From: Chiloscyllium plagiosum
Lineage: Eukaryota
Reading direction: 5' to 3'
Assembly (NCBI RefSeq): GCF_004010195.1
Contig: NC_057719.1
Coordinates: 90,750,897-90,814,896 of the forward strand
Length of the DNA stretch: 64,000 bases
Shown here piece after piece: positions 12,320 through 25,041 of this stretch. Below the pieces are notes generated by a model. That model made no database searches and had not been told where the DNA came from. It saw nothing but the letters and a program-made list of their open reading frames with translations. The position numbers and the translations under genes are program-made. Every line of letters begins with the position of its first letter. Position 1 is the stretch's first letter.

Positions 12320-12771
12320 TCAGTATTAAGAAGGAGGTGGTGTTGGGTGTCTTGAAAAACATTAAGATAGAAAAGTCCCCAGACCTAGATTGGATTTGTC
12401 CCAAGGAGACAAGGGATGAGATTGGTAGATCCTTAACAGAGATCTTTGTCTCTTCTTTACCGACAGATGCAGTCCCAGAAGACCTTATAGAGACTTATAA
12501 AATCATAAGGGGCACCGATAGGGTAAATAGGCATGGTCTTTTCCCCAGGATTGGGGAGCCCAAAACTAGGGGGCAAAGCTTTAAGGTGAGAGGGGAAAGA
12601 CTTAAAAGGAGCCTAAGAGGCAATTTTTTTCAGGCAGAGGGTTACGGAATGAGCTGTCACAGGAAATGGTGGAGGTTGGTACAAATTCAACATTTAAAAG
12701 GCATCCTGGATGGGTATATGAATAGGAAGGATTTAGAGGGATATGAGCCAATGCTGGCAACGTGGGACTAA
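12320..12771 (+). mobile_element. CR1 fragments (internally deleted)
   Basis: ORF 12256..12771 fuses KSP..D.I..VPED to DLIETYKI...TRG..FK. Confidence 0.8.
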
Positions 12772-13613
12772 GTTTGTGAGAAGATTTGTAGCTTGGGTGC
12801 TCGTTGCTGTGGTTCTGTTCGCCGAGCTGGAAGTTTTTGTTGCAAACGTTTCGTCCCCTGTCTAGGTGACATCCTCAGTACTTGGGAGCCTCCTGTGAAG
12901 CGCTTCTGTGGTGTTTCCTCCGGCATTTATAGTGGCCTGTCCCTGCCGCTTCCAGTTGTCAGTTTCAGCTGTCCGCTGTAGTGGTCGGTATATTGGGTCC
13001 AGGTCGATGTGTTTGTTGATAGAGTTTGTGGATGAGTGCCATGCTTCTAGGAATTCCCTGGCTGTTCTTTGTTTTGCTTGCCCTATAATGGTAGTGTTGT
13101 CCCAGTCAAATTCATGTTGCTTGTCGTCTGCGTGTGTGGCTACGAGGGATAGCTGGTCGTGTCCTTTCGTGGCTAGTTGATGTTCATGGATGCGGATCGT
13201 TAGCTGTCTTCCTGTTTGTCCTATATAGTGTTTAGTGTTTACAACACACCAAAACGAAGGACCCGATACCCAGCATGAGCAAAACTAATGTAGTGTACAA
13301 AATCCCATGCAAGGACTGCACAAAACACTATATAGGACAAACAGGAAGACAACTAACGACCCCCATACATGAACATCAACTAGCCACGAAACAACACAAC
13401 CAGCTATCCTTAGTAGCCACACACGCAAGACGACAAGCAACATGAATTTGACTGGGACAACACTACCAGTATAGGGCAAGCGAAACAAAGAACAGCCAGG
13501 GAATTCCGAGAAGCATGGCACTCATCCACAAACCCCATCAACAAACACATAGACCTGGACACAATATACCGGCCACTACAGCGGACAGCTGAAACTGACA
13601 ACCAGAAGCGGCA
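12772..13613. mobile_element. Penelope/Poseidon-type PLE inverted pair with GIY-YIG 3' end, cut by the gap
   Basis: Plus arm encodes NVVYKIPCKDCTKHYIGQTGR; the minus arm 12772-13232 is its inverted copy. Confidence 0.88.
12844..12878 (-). ncRNA. Minimal hammerhead motif of Poseidon-type PLE
   Basis: Reverse complement is CTGAGGA-t-GTCACC tagaca GGGGAC-GAAAC-GTT. Confidence 0.65.
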
Positions 13614-14254
13614 NNNNNNNNNNNNNNNNNNNNNNNNNNNNNNNNNNNNNNNNNNNNNNNNNNNNNNNNNNNNNNNNNNNNNNNNNNNNNNNNNNNNNNN
13701 NNNNNNNNNNNNNNNNNNNNNNNNNNNNNNNNNNNNNNNNNNNNNNNNNNNNNNNNNNNNNNNNNNNNNNNNNNNNNNNNNNNNNNNNNNNNNNNNNNNN
13801 NNNNNNNNNNNNNNNNNNNNNNNNNNNNNNNNNNNNNNNNNNNNNNNNNNNNNNNNNNNNNNNNNNNNNNNNNNNNNNNNNNNNNNNNNNNNNNNNNNNN
13901 NNNNNNNNNNNNNNNNNNNNNNNNNNNNNNNNNNNNNNNNNNNNNNNNNNNNNNNNNNNNNNNNNNNNNNNNNNNNNNNNNNNNNNNNNNNNNNNNNNNN
14001 NNNNNNNNNNNNNNNNNNNNNNNNNNNNNNNNNNNNNNNNNNNNNNNNNNNNNNNNNNNNNNNNNNNNNNNNNNNNNNNNNNNNNNNNNNNNNNNNNNNN
14101 NNNNNNNNNNNNNNNNNNNNNNNNNNNNNNNNNNNNNNNNNNNNNNNNNNNNNNNNNNNNNNNNNNNNNNNNNNNNNNNNNNNNNNNNNNNNNNNNNNNN
14201 NNNNNNNNNNNNNNNNNNNNNNNNNNNNNNNNNNNNNNNNNNNNNNNNNNNNNN
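13614..14254. other. Assembly gap (N run)
   Basis: Continuous n. Confidence 1.
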
Positions 14255-14470
14255 TCTCAATCCCTCTCGCCCCTCCTCTTGTTCCCTCTTTTCCTGGTCT
14301 CTCAATTCCTCCCTCCCTCTTACTTGATCCCTCTCTCCATTGCCTCTTGAACCTTCTCGCCTTCCTCGCACACTGTGATCTGGTCACTCACCTGCTGTCC
14401 CCAACCCCGCACTCTGTTGGCTGCTCTCCTCTGGCTCTGTCTCTGGCTCCTTTTTGACTCTCTTTTTATC
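14255..14470. repeat. CT-rich low-complexity tract
   Basis: Pyrimidine-dominated degenerate (CT)n. Confidence 0.75.
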
Positions 14471-14474
14471 ACCA

Positions 14475-14825
14475 GCACTGTGGCTCAGTGGTTAGCACTG
14501 CTGCCTCACAGCACCAACGACCCGGGTTTGATTCCAGCCTCAGGCGACGGTCTGTGTGAAGTTTGCACATTCGCCCTGCGTTTGCATGGGTTTACTCCGG
14601 GTGCTCTGGTTTCCTCCCACAGTCCAAAGATGTGCTGGTTGTGCAGGAATTGGCCATGCTAAATTGCCCCATAGTGTTCAGGGATATGTAAGTTAAGTGC
14701 AATAGTTAGGGGTAAATGTAGGGTAGTGGGGGAATGGGTCTGGGCGGATTACTCTTTGGAGGATCGTTGTGGACTTGTTGGGCCAAAGGGCCTGTTTCCA
14801 CACCATAGGGATTCTAAGATTCTAA
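14475..14825 (+). mobile_element. HE1-type SINE
   Basis: gtggctcagtggttagcactgctgcctcacagc head; core and CR1-like tail. Confidence 0.88.
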
Positions 14826-16435
14826 ATATTATCTCCTTGTCATATCTAAAATTAAACATAGCCCATTGAAACCATTCTAACAGAAGTTTTAAACTCTGGA
14901 AGTTAGAACTGGAGCTGTAGTCTGTGGGTGAATTGACAGTAAAAGACTTTTCACCAGGAGGCTGAGCAGTTTATTTTTTTTTTTATTTTACGACTTTACA
15001 TGTCTGACTATTCCCTGGCTTGAAATGCCTGAAAGAGTAACGTTCTCCTCAATTTACAATTGTTTTTGTTAATGCGCCCTCTATCAGCCAAATGAGATGC
15101 ACATTTTTTAACTCATTGGATCATTGCACAGCAGCCAATGTATGCTTATTGTTCAGCTGTAATAGTGATTGCAGTGGTGGGAATCCCTTGTATCCTGATT
15201 AAACTCTATTCGAAGTAGTCTTGTGCTGCAGTCAAACACAGTGTAGCCTTACAACAGCATTCTTTTACTTTGGCCACGTGTTTTGATTCAAAAAGCAGCC
15301 GGTCCAGCTGTTATTCGTGGGTAAGAGGATAACTATGAATTGTGCATTTTGGTATGTGAGAGTATTTCAGTTCGTTGGGAGCAGTGCCAGCTTTTCAGAC
15401 TTTATGGGTATACTCTATTATCTACATGCTGTGTAACCAACAGTTCTCCAAATGCAAGAATCTCCTGGTCTAACCTTTTAATGTGATTTGTGAAAGGGTG
15501 GATTTTAAAATTTAAAACTTGAACGGAAATACTTTTCGCTGTGCGTGACAGTTGGAGAGTGACCTCATCTGTGATGATTAAATTGACGCAGTGCTCCTTA
15601 GGCTGGGAATTTTATTAGAACAATCTGCATGACTCAAACGTCTGCTGAAATGCCATTTTATTTGATTCAAGATTCAGCAACACATGTGTTTCATGGTCCA
15701 GCACTGTCTTCATACCACTTTATGCCAAAGGTCTACTAACATTTCGTACACAGTTTTAAGCCTGGGATAATTACCCTGGTTACCTACTTCATATTTCCAT
15801 TGCTGTCAGCCATGGCTTAATGGTAGCAGCTGCCTCTTTGTCTTCTCAGAAAGATATAAAAGCTCTTGTGACATTATGTCAAGAAGAGCAGGTGAGTTCT
15901 CCCCAGTCTCTTGGACATTATTTATGCCTTAATCAGCATCACAACAAAAGGCTGTTATCGTTGCAGTGTCACGTTTTCTACATTAAAACAGTCACTGGAT
16001 CTCAAAAGTATGTAATTGGCTGTAAAGTGCTTTGGGACATCCTTGAGGTCATCAAAGGAGCGGGCCCCTTTAAAATCATGTTTTTGATAGAAGGATTAAG
16101 CTCCTGACTGAAGTTCTAATCACTACCAACTAGTTTAATTTGCCTTCCTTTTGATATATTCTCAACTATTTCCTAGATTGAAACGTAACAGCAGTTCCCT
16201 TAAACCAAACACAGTGCGAAACCAGAACAAAAAGAAAATATTCTTTATTCATGGCAAACTAGGAAGGAAAATCTATAAAAGAGAAAAAGAAAGTTTTTCA
16301 AAATATTTGTCTGATTCATTGCAACCAAAAGGTTCTGCTGCCTGCCTGCCTCGAGTTGTCTTATGCAGTAAGCTGTGCAGTGTCCTCATTCAATATGGGT
16401 CACATGCTCTTACCTGCAGCAAGGATCATGGTTAT

Positions 16436-16632
16436 TTTTTCCTTGTGCGAACATTAGTAAGGGTATGGAAGGCTTTGACTGCAACGGTAGTCGATTCGCA
16501 TTAAAGTCGTCATTGGACAAACATATGGACGTACATGGAATAGTGTAGGTTAGATGGGCTTCAAATTGGTATGACAGGTCGGCGCAACATCGAGGGCCGA
16601 AGGGCCTGTACTGCGCTGTAATGTTCTATGTT
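16436..16632 (+). mobile_element. CR1 3' end
   Basis: ggcgcaacatcgagggccgaagggcctgtactgcgctgt plus ttctatg tail. Confidence 0.8.
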
Positions 16633-16756
16633 AGTATTTCTGCTTCCCATATGTCTTGAAATCTATAAACCTAGTGATTGGAGTTTGGCGCATATCATTC
16701 ATGAGCAAGTGTAATGACTTTGAACAAGTGATTATAAATTGATAATTATTTGTTCA

Positions 16757-18495
16757 AAGTCATAGAGATGAACAGCATGGAAACGGACCAGTTGTCCCAA
16801 TTCGTCCATTCCCACCTGATACCCTAAATCAATCCAGCCCCATTTGCCAGCATTGGCCCATATCCATCTAAACCCACCCTATTCATAAATCCATCCAGGT
16901 ATCTTTTAAATGTCGTAATTGTACCAGCCCTCATCACCTCCTCTGGCAGCTAATTCTATACACGCACAACCCTCTGTGTGATAAAGTTGTCCCTTAGGTT
17001 CCTTTTAAATTGTTCCTCTCGCACCTTAAATCTCCACCCTTTAGTTTTGGGTTCCTTCTCTGGGGAAAAATCCTTCTTATTTATCCTATCCATGCTTCTC
17101 ATGATTTCATAAACTTCTATAATGTCACCCTCAGTCTCTGACACTTCAGGGAAAATAGCTCCAGCCTCTTCATCCTCTCCCTATAACTCAAGCCCTCCAA
17201 CCCTGGCAACATTCTTGTAAATCTTTTCTGAAACCTTTCAAGTTTCACAACATCCTTCTGATGACAGGGAGGATTGAATGTAGTGTTCCATACATGGCCT
17301 AATCAATGTCCTGTAAAGCCCCAATATGACCTCCCAACTCCAGTATATAATGCACTGACCAATAAAGGCAAATGCTGCCTCCACTGCCCTGTCATACCTG
17401 AGACTCCACTTTCAAGGAACAAATGAACCTGCACCCCAGGGTCTGTTTGTTTACAAACATTCCTGATGACCTTACCATTAAGTGGATAAGTTCTATCCTG
17501 ATTTGCCCTCCCAAAATACAGCACCCCACATTTATTTATCTGAATTAAACTCCATCTTCCAGTCTTGGCCCACCAGACCGTGTGATCAAGGTCCCACTGT
17601 ACTGAGGTAACCTTCGTTGTCCATACACCACCAAGCTTACTAACCATATCTCTTATAATTATTCAAAGTTTGTGCGAAGATTTGTAGCTTGGGTGCTTGT
17701 TATTGTGATTGTGTTCGCCGAGCTGGGAATTTGTGTTGCAGACGTTTTGTCCCCTGTCTAGGTGATATCCTCAGTGCTTGGGAGCCTCCTGTGAAGCGCT
17801 TCTGTGATCTTTTCTCCGGCATTTATAGTGGTTTGAATCTGCCGCTTCCGGTTGTCAGTTCCAGCTGGCCGCTGCAGTGGTCGGTATATTGGGTCCAGGT
17901 CGATGTGCTTATTGATTGAATCAGTGGATGAGTGCCATGCCTGTAGGAATTCCCTGGCTGTTCTCTGTTTGGCTTGTTTGACACCAACTAGCCACGAAAC
18001 GACACAACTAGCTATCCTTAGTAGCCACACACGCAGATGACAAGCAACATGAGTTTGACTGGGACAACTCTACTATTATAGGACAAGCCAAACAGAGAAC
18101 AGCCAGGGAATTCCTAGAGGCATGGCACTCATCCACTGATTCAATCCACAAGCACATCGACCTGGACCCAGCATACTGGCCACTGCAGCGGACAGCTGGA
18201 ATTGACAACCGGCAGCGGCAGATTCAAACCACTATAAATGCCGGAGAAAAGATCACAGAAGTGCTTCACAGGAGGCTCCCAAGCACTGAGGATGTCACCT
18301 AGACAGGGGACAAAACGTCTGCAACACAAATTGTTATATTCGTATCCAGATCATTTATGTAAATGATAATAAGTCGTGGGCCCAGCGGCACACTACTGGT
18401 CACTGATCTCCAGTTAGAAAAGCAACCCTCCACCATCACCCTCTGTCTCCTAACTTCGAGGCAGCTAAGTATCCAAATGGCTTGTTCTTCCTTCA
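16757..18495 (-). mobile_element. CR1 3' portion interrupted by the PLE inverted pair
   Basis: Minus ORFs 16956..17144, 17303..17647 and 18299..18496 are colinear RT pieces. Confidence 0.85.
17665..18332. mobile_element. Poseidon-type PLE asymmetric inverted pair
   Basis: Arms about 17665-17977 (-) and 17985-18332 (+); AREFLxAWHS...INKHIDLDP; only the left arm has the extra tail. Confidence 0.88.
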
Positions 18496-18885
18496 CTTAA
18501 TTGGCATCACATCCACAGACATTTACTCCCTCCATCACTGATGCTCAGAAGCAGCAGTGTGTACTATCTACAAGAAATTCACCAAGGCTCCTTTGATAGC
18601 ACCTTCCAAACCCATAACCTCTGTCATCTAGAAGGGCAAGGGCAGCAGATACATGGGAACATCATAAACCCCCATCCAAGCCACTCACCATCCTGGTTTG
18701 GAAGTAGATCACAATATCTTCAGTGTCACTGGATATAAATCCTGGAGTTCTCTCCCTGATGACATTGTGGGATGATTTACTACAGTGGTTCAAGAAGGCT
18801 GTTCGTCAGCAAAGACAGGGAGGGTTTGGCAATAAATACTGGCCCAGACAGCAGCACCCACATCCTGTCGATGAATAAGAAACAG
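18495..18885 (+). mobile_element. L2/CR1-superfamily LINE 3' end
   Basis: Ends ggcaataaatactggcc...cccacatcc...gaataagaaa. Confidence 0.6.
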
Positions 18886-19439
18886 AAAATTTACATCAGA
18901 CAATGTCATAAATTAAGTTAAATTTGACTGGATATAACTATCATCTGACCAATCTCTTGTAATTATTGATCAGATTGATTCACTTTTACTCATCCACACT
19001 GTTAAAAGTCAGACTTTCAGCTTTTTGCCCAATAGATTTATTTGAAATCACAAGCTTTTGGAGTACTGTTCTTCATTAGGTGATTTCAAATAAACCTGTT
19101 GGACTATAACTCGGTGTTAGGTTAAAAACTCAGTGTTGCTTGTCCATCCCAGTCCAACACTGGCATCTCCACATCATCTATACTGTGGTGGTGCCTGCTA
19201 ATAGTTATGCTGTATCAGGGACATAGCAGTGAGCTTCTGGGCATTCAACCCATGGCCTGTTTTGAGTGGAATGTCCACATTTAGCTGCTCCTTCAGCAGC
19301 ATCTCCAAAACATCTGTTTTGATGTCCTCAATTTAATCATCGTCTAAACAATTGGAATGAATGTGCTGCAGTTTGAAAATTCTGATGACCAAACTTCTAT
19401 TTTAAAAACCCCCGTAAGAATTTAAAAGAGAGAAGAAGA

Positions 19440-20960
19440 GCATATCAACTGGGTGCAGGAGTAGGCAATTCAGCCCTCTTCCACGATATCTATGCAATCG
19501 TGGCTCATTTTGCCTCGGCGTCAACTCCACTTTCCTGCTCACTGTCTACAATCCTTCGTCCCTATATTAATTAAAAATTTGCTTATATCTTCCATCATCT
19601 TCCACTTTCTGGGGTAGTGAATACTTCTGTACTCCAGAGTATCTAATAGAAGAATAGAATATCTTTTATTATCACATGTACTCCAGTGCAGGAGTGCAGT
19701 GAAAAGTTTTTATAATGGCTGCCTTTAATGGCTCCATATTAGGTACAAGTATCCAGGTACAAACCTTGGACACAGAAGGATAAAACAATCAATGGAAAAG
19801 TAGCATTACTTAATGTCTAAGAAATAAGGTAGTTTTCACATAGTTAAAAGATTGGCATCATAATCCAGAAAAGTTTCAAATAGCAGCATCCCTATACATG
19901 GACTGACTGCCTGCGCCAAACCCCAGACCGAGAACTGTCCCCCTCCGCTTCTGCCTTCAGTCCGGTCCTCACCAACAAGGTAAATTGCAGTGCACTGGGA
20001 CTCGCTGCCACTCGCGCTGCTCTGGGTCTCGTTCCCATCGTGCTGCACTGGGACTCGCTTCCCCTCACAGTGCTCTAGGACTCGTTCCCCTTGCTCTCCA
20101 CTGGGGTTACGTACCCTTGTGCTGCACTGGGGCTCGCTTCCCCTCGCCTGTTCCAGGTGTCATTCCCCTCGTGCTGAAGCGGATCTTGCTTCCCTTCGCA
20201 CTGCTCCAGGTCTCATTTCTCCTCATGCTGCCCAGGGACTGCCAGAAATAGAGAAAAAGAAATAAAAGATGGTGTCAAACTCTGCTGCATCTTGCTATTG
20301 GTCTAAACTGTTCAGTCTCTCCTCAGAAGACAAATCTCTCATCTCTGAAATTAATCCTTCAAATTGCCTCGAATGCAACTATATCTCTCCTCAAGTAAGG
20401 GACCAAAATTGTATGCAGTACTCCAGGTGCAGCCTCACAAATGACTTTTCAAGTTGCAGCAGTACTGCTGTACTTACATATTATGTATATTCTATTCCTT
20501 TAGCAACAGATACCAAAATTCCACTTGCCTTCCTTACCAGTAATGCTGTACCTGCATTTTCTGTGATTCATGCATAAGGATACTCAGATCCTTCTGCACT
20601 GAAGCACTCTAAAGTTTCTCTGTATTTGGTAATAAGTTGTCTTTCCATTTCTTCTGACCAAAATGGATACCCTTGCACTTATCCACATTAAACTTCATCT
20701 GCCGAATTTTGGACCAGTCATCTCAGCTATCCATATCCATGTGCAAATTTCTTATTTCTTCATTGCAACTTACTGTCCCAATTACTTTAGTGTTCTCTGC
20801 AAATTTAGCTATCGTATTTTCTATCCCTGCATCTAAATCATTAAGATAGCTTGTAAATAGTTCGGGCCCAGAGAAACAAACCCTGTGGCACCCCATCTTG
20901 CCAACCAGAAAAAAAAACATTTATCCTGACCCAAATTTCCAATTTGCCATATCCCCATTG
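19440..20960 (-). mobile_element. Degraded CR1 interrupted by an unclassified insert (about 19640-20270)
   Basis: Minus ORF 20723..20920 (YLNDLD...AKFAxxTK); CR1 tail at 19440-19620. Confidence 0.7.
19991..20237. repeat. Minisatellite, about 9.5 units of 26-27 bp
   Basis: Units such as tgcactgggactcgcttcccctcacag and tgctctgggtctcgttcccatcgtgc. Confidence 0.85.
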
Positions 20961-23128
20961 CGTGCTCAGATTGTGCTAAGATCCCAGAGTAATAATGAAG
21001 TAGGGCAAAACTTTTCTCGGGTTGACTGATTCCTTTTTTTTAGTTTGGACTTACTGCACCCATGTATTGACATGCCTGCACAGACACAAGATATTCTTAT
21101 ATTTGGAAAGTTGGGGGCTCCAGCGACACATTCCACATAACTGAGTGCACTTAATTGTTGCTACTGCACAACCTTAGGAGCCATTCTGAGCCATTGTGAT
21201 GTTTGTCAACTCTGTGTATGTCATGAAAAGGAATCTCTTGTCTTTAAACAACAAAAAGGAAACATATCATGACATTCTGGAATATGTAGCGGGTTTACCT
21301 TTGCAATACTGTTCAAGTCAGATATGGTTTTAAAAAGATTCCAAGTTTGCATTTCCATACACCCAGTTAAGATACCAACTCAGAAGCCTTACTAGTTTTA
21401 ATACTACTTTGTATGCTCAGAGAGAATTTTGACTGACTGGCTGATGCAATCACATAGACAGACCTACTGGACTCAAGCCAGTTATTTTCAGGAAAGAGGA
21501 GATTGACTTTTGGAACAAGCCACATTTGACATCTGTGCATGGATGTTAACTCATCCCGATGAGAGCAGGAAATAGCTAATTAGTTCATTTTTTCCAGAAA
21601 TATTACTTGTAGTAATCTTGAGCTGATAGGTATCTTTAGCAGATTTTATTTTTTCTGAGAAATATTTTTAACAGTATACAATTACGTAATAGCTCTACCT
21701 TACAGTTTTGTGACATAAATGCAAATCTCTCACTAGGAGCGTGGTCTTTTAATTGGCACACCAATTTTGGTGATTGGCAAAGCAGTTCATGATGACAAGA
21801 GTCTGGAATGCACTACAGGTACTTGTGTGTGTAGTGGAGGCAGATTCACACAAGGCATTCTAGAGAAATTTAGATTGTTAGCTGGAGAGAGAGAATTTAT
21901 AGAGGTGCAAAAAAAGTGTTACCAGCTGAGTTGCTCTTTCAGGGACCTAGCATGGACATGATTGGCCTAATGGTCTCTCTGGTGCTGTAACTTTTCGATG
22001 ATTTGTATGCAGTACTATTTCAAAACACTGAAAGTAACAGTGCAACTTCAGTTGGACACCATTGATACTGGAGATGGCCTTGAAATTTGAGACCATTTAA
22101 TAACTTTTACTGTAGTCTTTAACTGTTAACCTAATGGTGTTAAGTTAGCAAAGCATCCTACATGGAGCTGAGAGCAGCAATCAAATTTGTTGGAAATGTT
22201 TCTCTCAGTCTGTGTCACTGCTAAGTGTAAACAGTCCTCAATATTAGCTCTACAGATGTATACAGCTGTTTCAAATGTACGTGTATCTCCAGGACCTTGC
22301 AAGCATTGAGGACAATATGATGTGCAATGAAAAGTCCTGAATAAGCAGAGATGATATTCTAATTAAGATGGTTGACAGCCGCATTATTGTACATTGTTGA
22401 ATTAGGAGTACTATTTAAGTAGATAACAGTAAGACAAACATTGTTATGATTTTTTTGGGTCCGGCTGAGATTTGGTGACCGATGCTCAAATATTTAGAGC
22501 ATCAAACAGACCTGCCAGTTCAGTTTACTTGATTGAGACTGATCAATAGGGGCCTACTTGATTGGTGGAGGGTGCTTTGGGATTATGGAGCGAATCATTG
22601 TGGGTGTAAGGTAATATGGTGACAATCTAAACATTGAATTAGTTAACTTGATAATTATGTTGAGCATCGAGGAAAGCTGGGTGGCTCTGAGATGAGAAAA
22701 TGTCTTTTTTTTAAAAAGAGTCATTGACAGTTTCAGGCATTTTGTTCTCTCATTTGGCTCCCAATTCATTATTCTTAGCCAAGAATGTAAATCTGTTCCA
22801 ATATAACTATGATACTTTACATCTTGTGATGTGAAAGAGAAACCTGGAATGTTGCTGTTTTCAGTTTCCTCTTCCTCTTTAAGGAGGACCTTCTGTTGCT
22901 TGGTGCACTAATAGAATTAGAGATAAAGACAATTGGCTTCATTTTGCATTTCATGACGTCACAATTCGGAATGGCAGATATTACTAGCAAATCTAAGTTA
23001 GCAAATAACATGAGAAGTGGATTACAAAACCATATAATGTGGATTGATTGTCAGGATTCACAATCCTTGCCAGGTTTACTGCTTGTTGTTCTCATTGACT
23101 TAAGTGGTGATGTTTAATATTTCCACAG

Positions 23129-23198
23129 GATTATCGCAGCACTTGGTATCAGACTACAAGCAACTTATTGAGCTTTTAGAGGAAGGGAATTCAAACAG
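23129..23198 (+). CDS. STARD9: STARD9 coding exon, 70 bp (GLSQHLVSDYKQLIELLEEGNSNR)
   Basis: ttccacag acceptor, gtagtg donor; phase 1/2. Confidence 0.95.
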
Positions 23199-23509
23199 GT
23201 AGTGATTTTCATGTGACTTTCCCTTTGGCTTAGAGTTTTCTATGAATGATTAGTTTGTAGGCCTTTTTATATTTGTTTAATTTTTAATTCACTGAGGAAA
23301 CAGCATTTTTTTCTGCTTTTGTTATTTGTATCAATGAGCAATTTCATAGGTTATATAATGATACAGCTGAGTTACAGGCTGTGCAAATCTAATAACCCTC
23401 CAAAATGTTTTCCTTTCAAATATTAGTAAAAATTTAGAAAGCTTGCTCTTGGATTTACTTCGACTTCAGGGCGTAGATTCCAAATTGTCACAACTTGTGG
23501 AATGGAAGA

Positions 23510-23695
23510 AACAAAAGTCACCTCCACCCTGAAACAAAAACAGAAGTTGCTGGAAAAGCTCAGCAAGTCTGGCAGCATCTGCAGAGAGAAAGTAGGGTTA
23601 ACATTTTGGATCCCAGTGACCCTTCTTCAGAACAGGCTTCAGTTTCTACAGGGATGTCTGATTTCCAGCATCCACTGTTCTTTTGGTTTTATTCA
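23510..23695. mobile_element. Older PLE terminal-repeat fragments
   Basis: aaacagaagttgctggaaaagctcagc...ccttcttcagaac followed by an inverted tail. Confidence 0.6.
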
Positions 23696-25041
23696 TTTCC
23701 CATCTGGTCTTTTGTCCCTTATCTTAAACTACTGTTGTTTGGTTGATGAGTGGTTTGTCTCTGTCTACACTGCTTCGTGACTGTGACCACTTCAATTAAA
23801 TATTAATGATAAAGGGCATTAATCGAGCTTCTTTTTATTGCTGCTTTTCTCAGGTGCTCTCCCTTTGAAGACTATATAGACGCCCTTTCCAAACTGCAAA
23901 ACCTCTGTGAACTTTGTTCCTAGTTCATCCCAAATGGTGCTCTTCTGCTTCCTTCTACATGTCTGTTTCTATTTCTCAGGATAGGCTGCAGAACTCCATC
24001 CACTGAGTTTCACCACTATCTAGGCTGCACTTGCACCATCCCACCTCTTTTAAGGTCTATTCTGTCATTTTCTTCTCTGTCACCTTCTAACGTGTCTTCC
24101 ATTCTCTTCAACGTAATATTCTCCCCCACCATGATCAAAAAGCACATCAAGCATATCTGGTCTATTTTAAGTACTCCTGCTCTGAACCCAGTACATAGCT
24201 GATGGTGCATCATCATAACATTTTCAGGAGTATTGGTGGGCCAGGGGCCAGATTTTCAGCTCCTGTGAGTTTCAGAACAGATACAGATACCATTTTGAGA
24301 ATTAACCTAGTGAGCTTGTTAACACTTTAGAATGTGCTTGCATGAAATTTGAAATTAAGAAGTTGACAAATCAGAGTAGTCGGGTACATGACTGTTATGT
24401 TTAATATGGGAGAAGCAAAAGTTTATTAAAAAACGGTGGACAGTGTGGGAACAAAAGCCCTGTGTTCTGGAGATCTTAAGTAAAACCAGAAAGCATTTGA
24501 CAAATTCAGCAGGGTTTGGTAGCATGTTTGGAAACAGAGTTAAAATTCAGAGTCTGTTATGGCTCTTATTGGAACTATTGCAAACAAGAAATCTAACATA
24601 TGTGCTTGGTGTGGCCAACATGTGATTCCAGACCACTCTGAACTGCCCTTTGAAATGACCTAGCAAATCACCTGGGTATTTCAAACTTGTTATGAAGTCT
24701 AAAGAAGGTATTGAAACCAGATGGGCTACCTGGCATCGACATAGGCACTGGAAATAGTAAATATGACTTTGAGAAACAGAGTGCCAGAGAAAGAGTGCCA
24801 AACCTGTAAATACAGCTCTGATCGGCCTTCCAAAGTCCTGCTTGGGACAAGTGTCCCACAGAATTGACCAGCCTTACAAGCAATGTCTTAGGCGACACCA
24901 TCACCAACTCTGGATAAGTCTTGTCCTGCTGACCCTTGGAAGAGAGTTATAAGTCAAAGTCATGCAGCATAGAAACAGACCCTTCAGTCCAACCAGTCCA
25001 TACTGACCATAATCCCAAGCTAAACAAGTGCCACCTGCCTG

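Noticed and set aside
13410..14387. Long ORFs running through X residues (also 53977-54890)
   Set aside because: Artefacts of N gaps; only the CR1 ORF1 part at 54855-55530 is real.
19991..20237. CRISPR-like array
   Set aside because: Contiguous degenerate tandem units with no unique spacers, in a vertebrate context with no cas genes.
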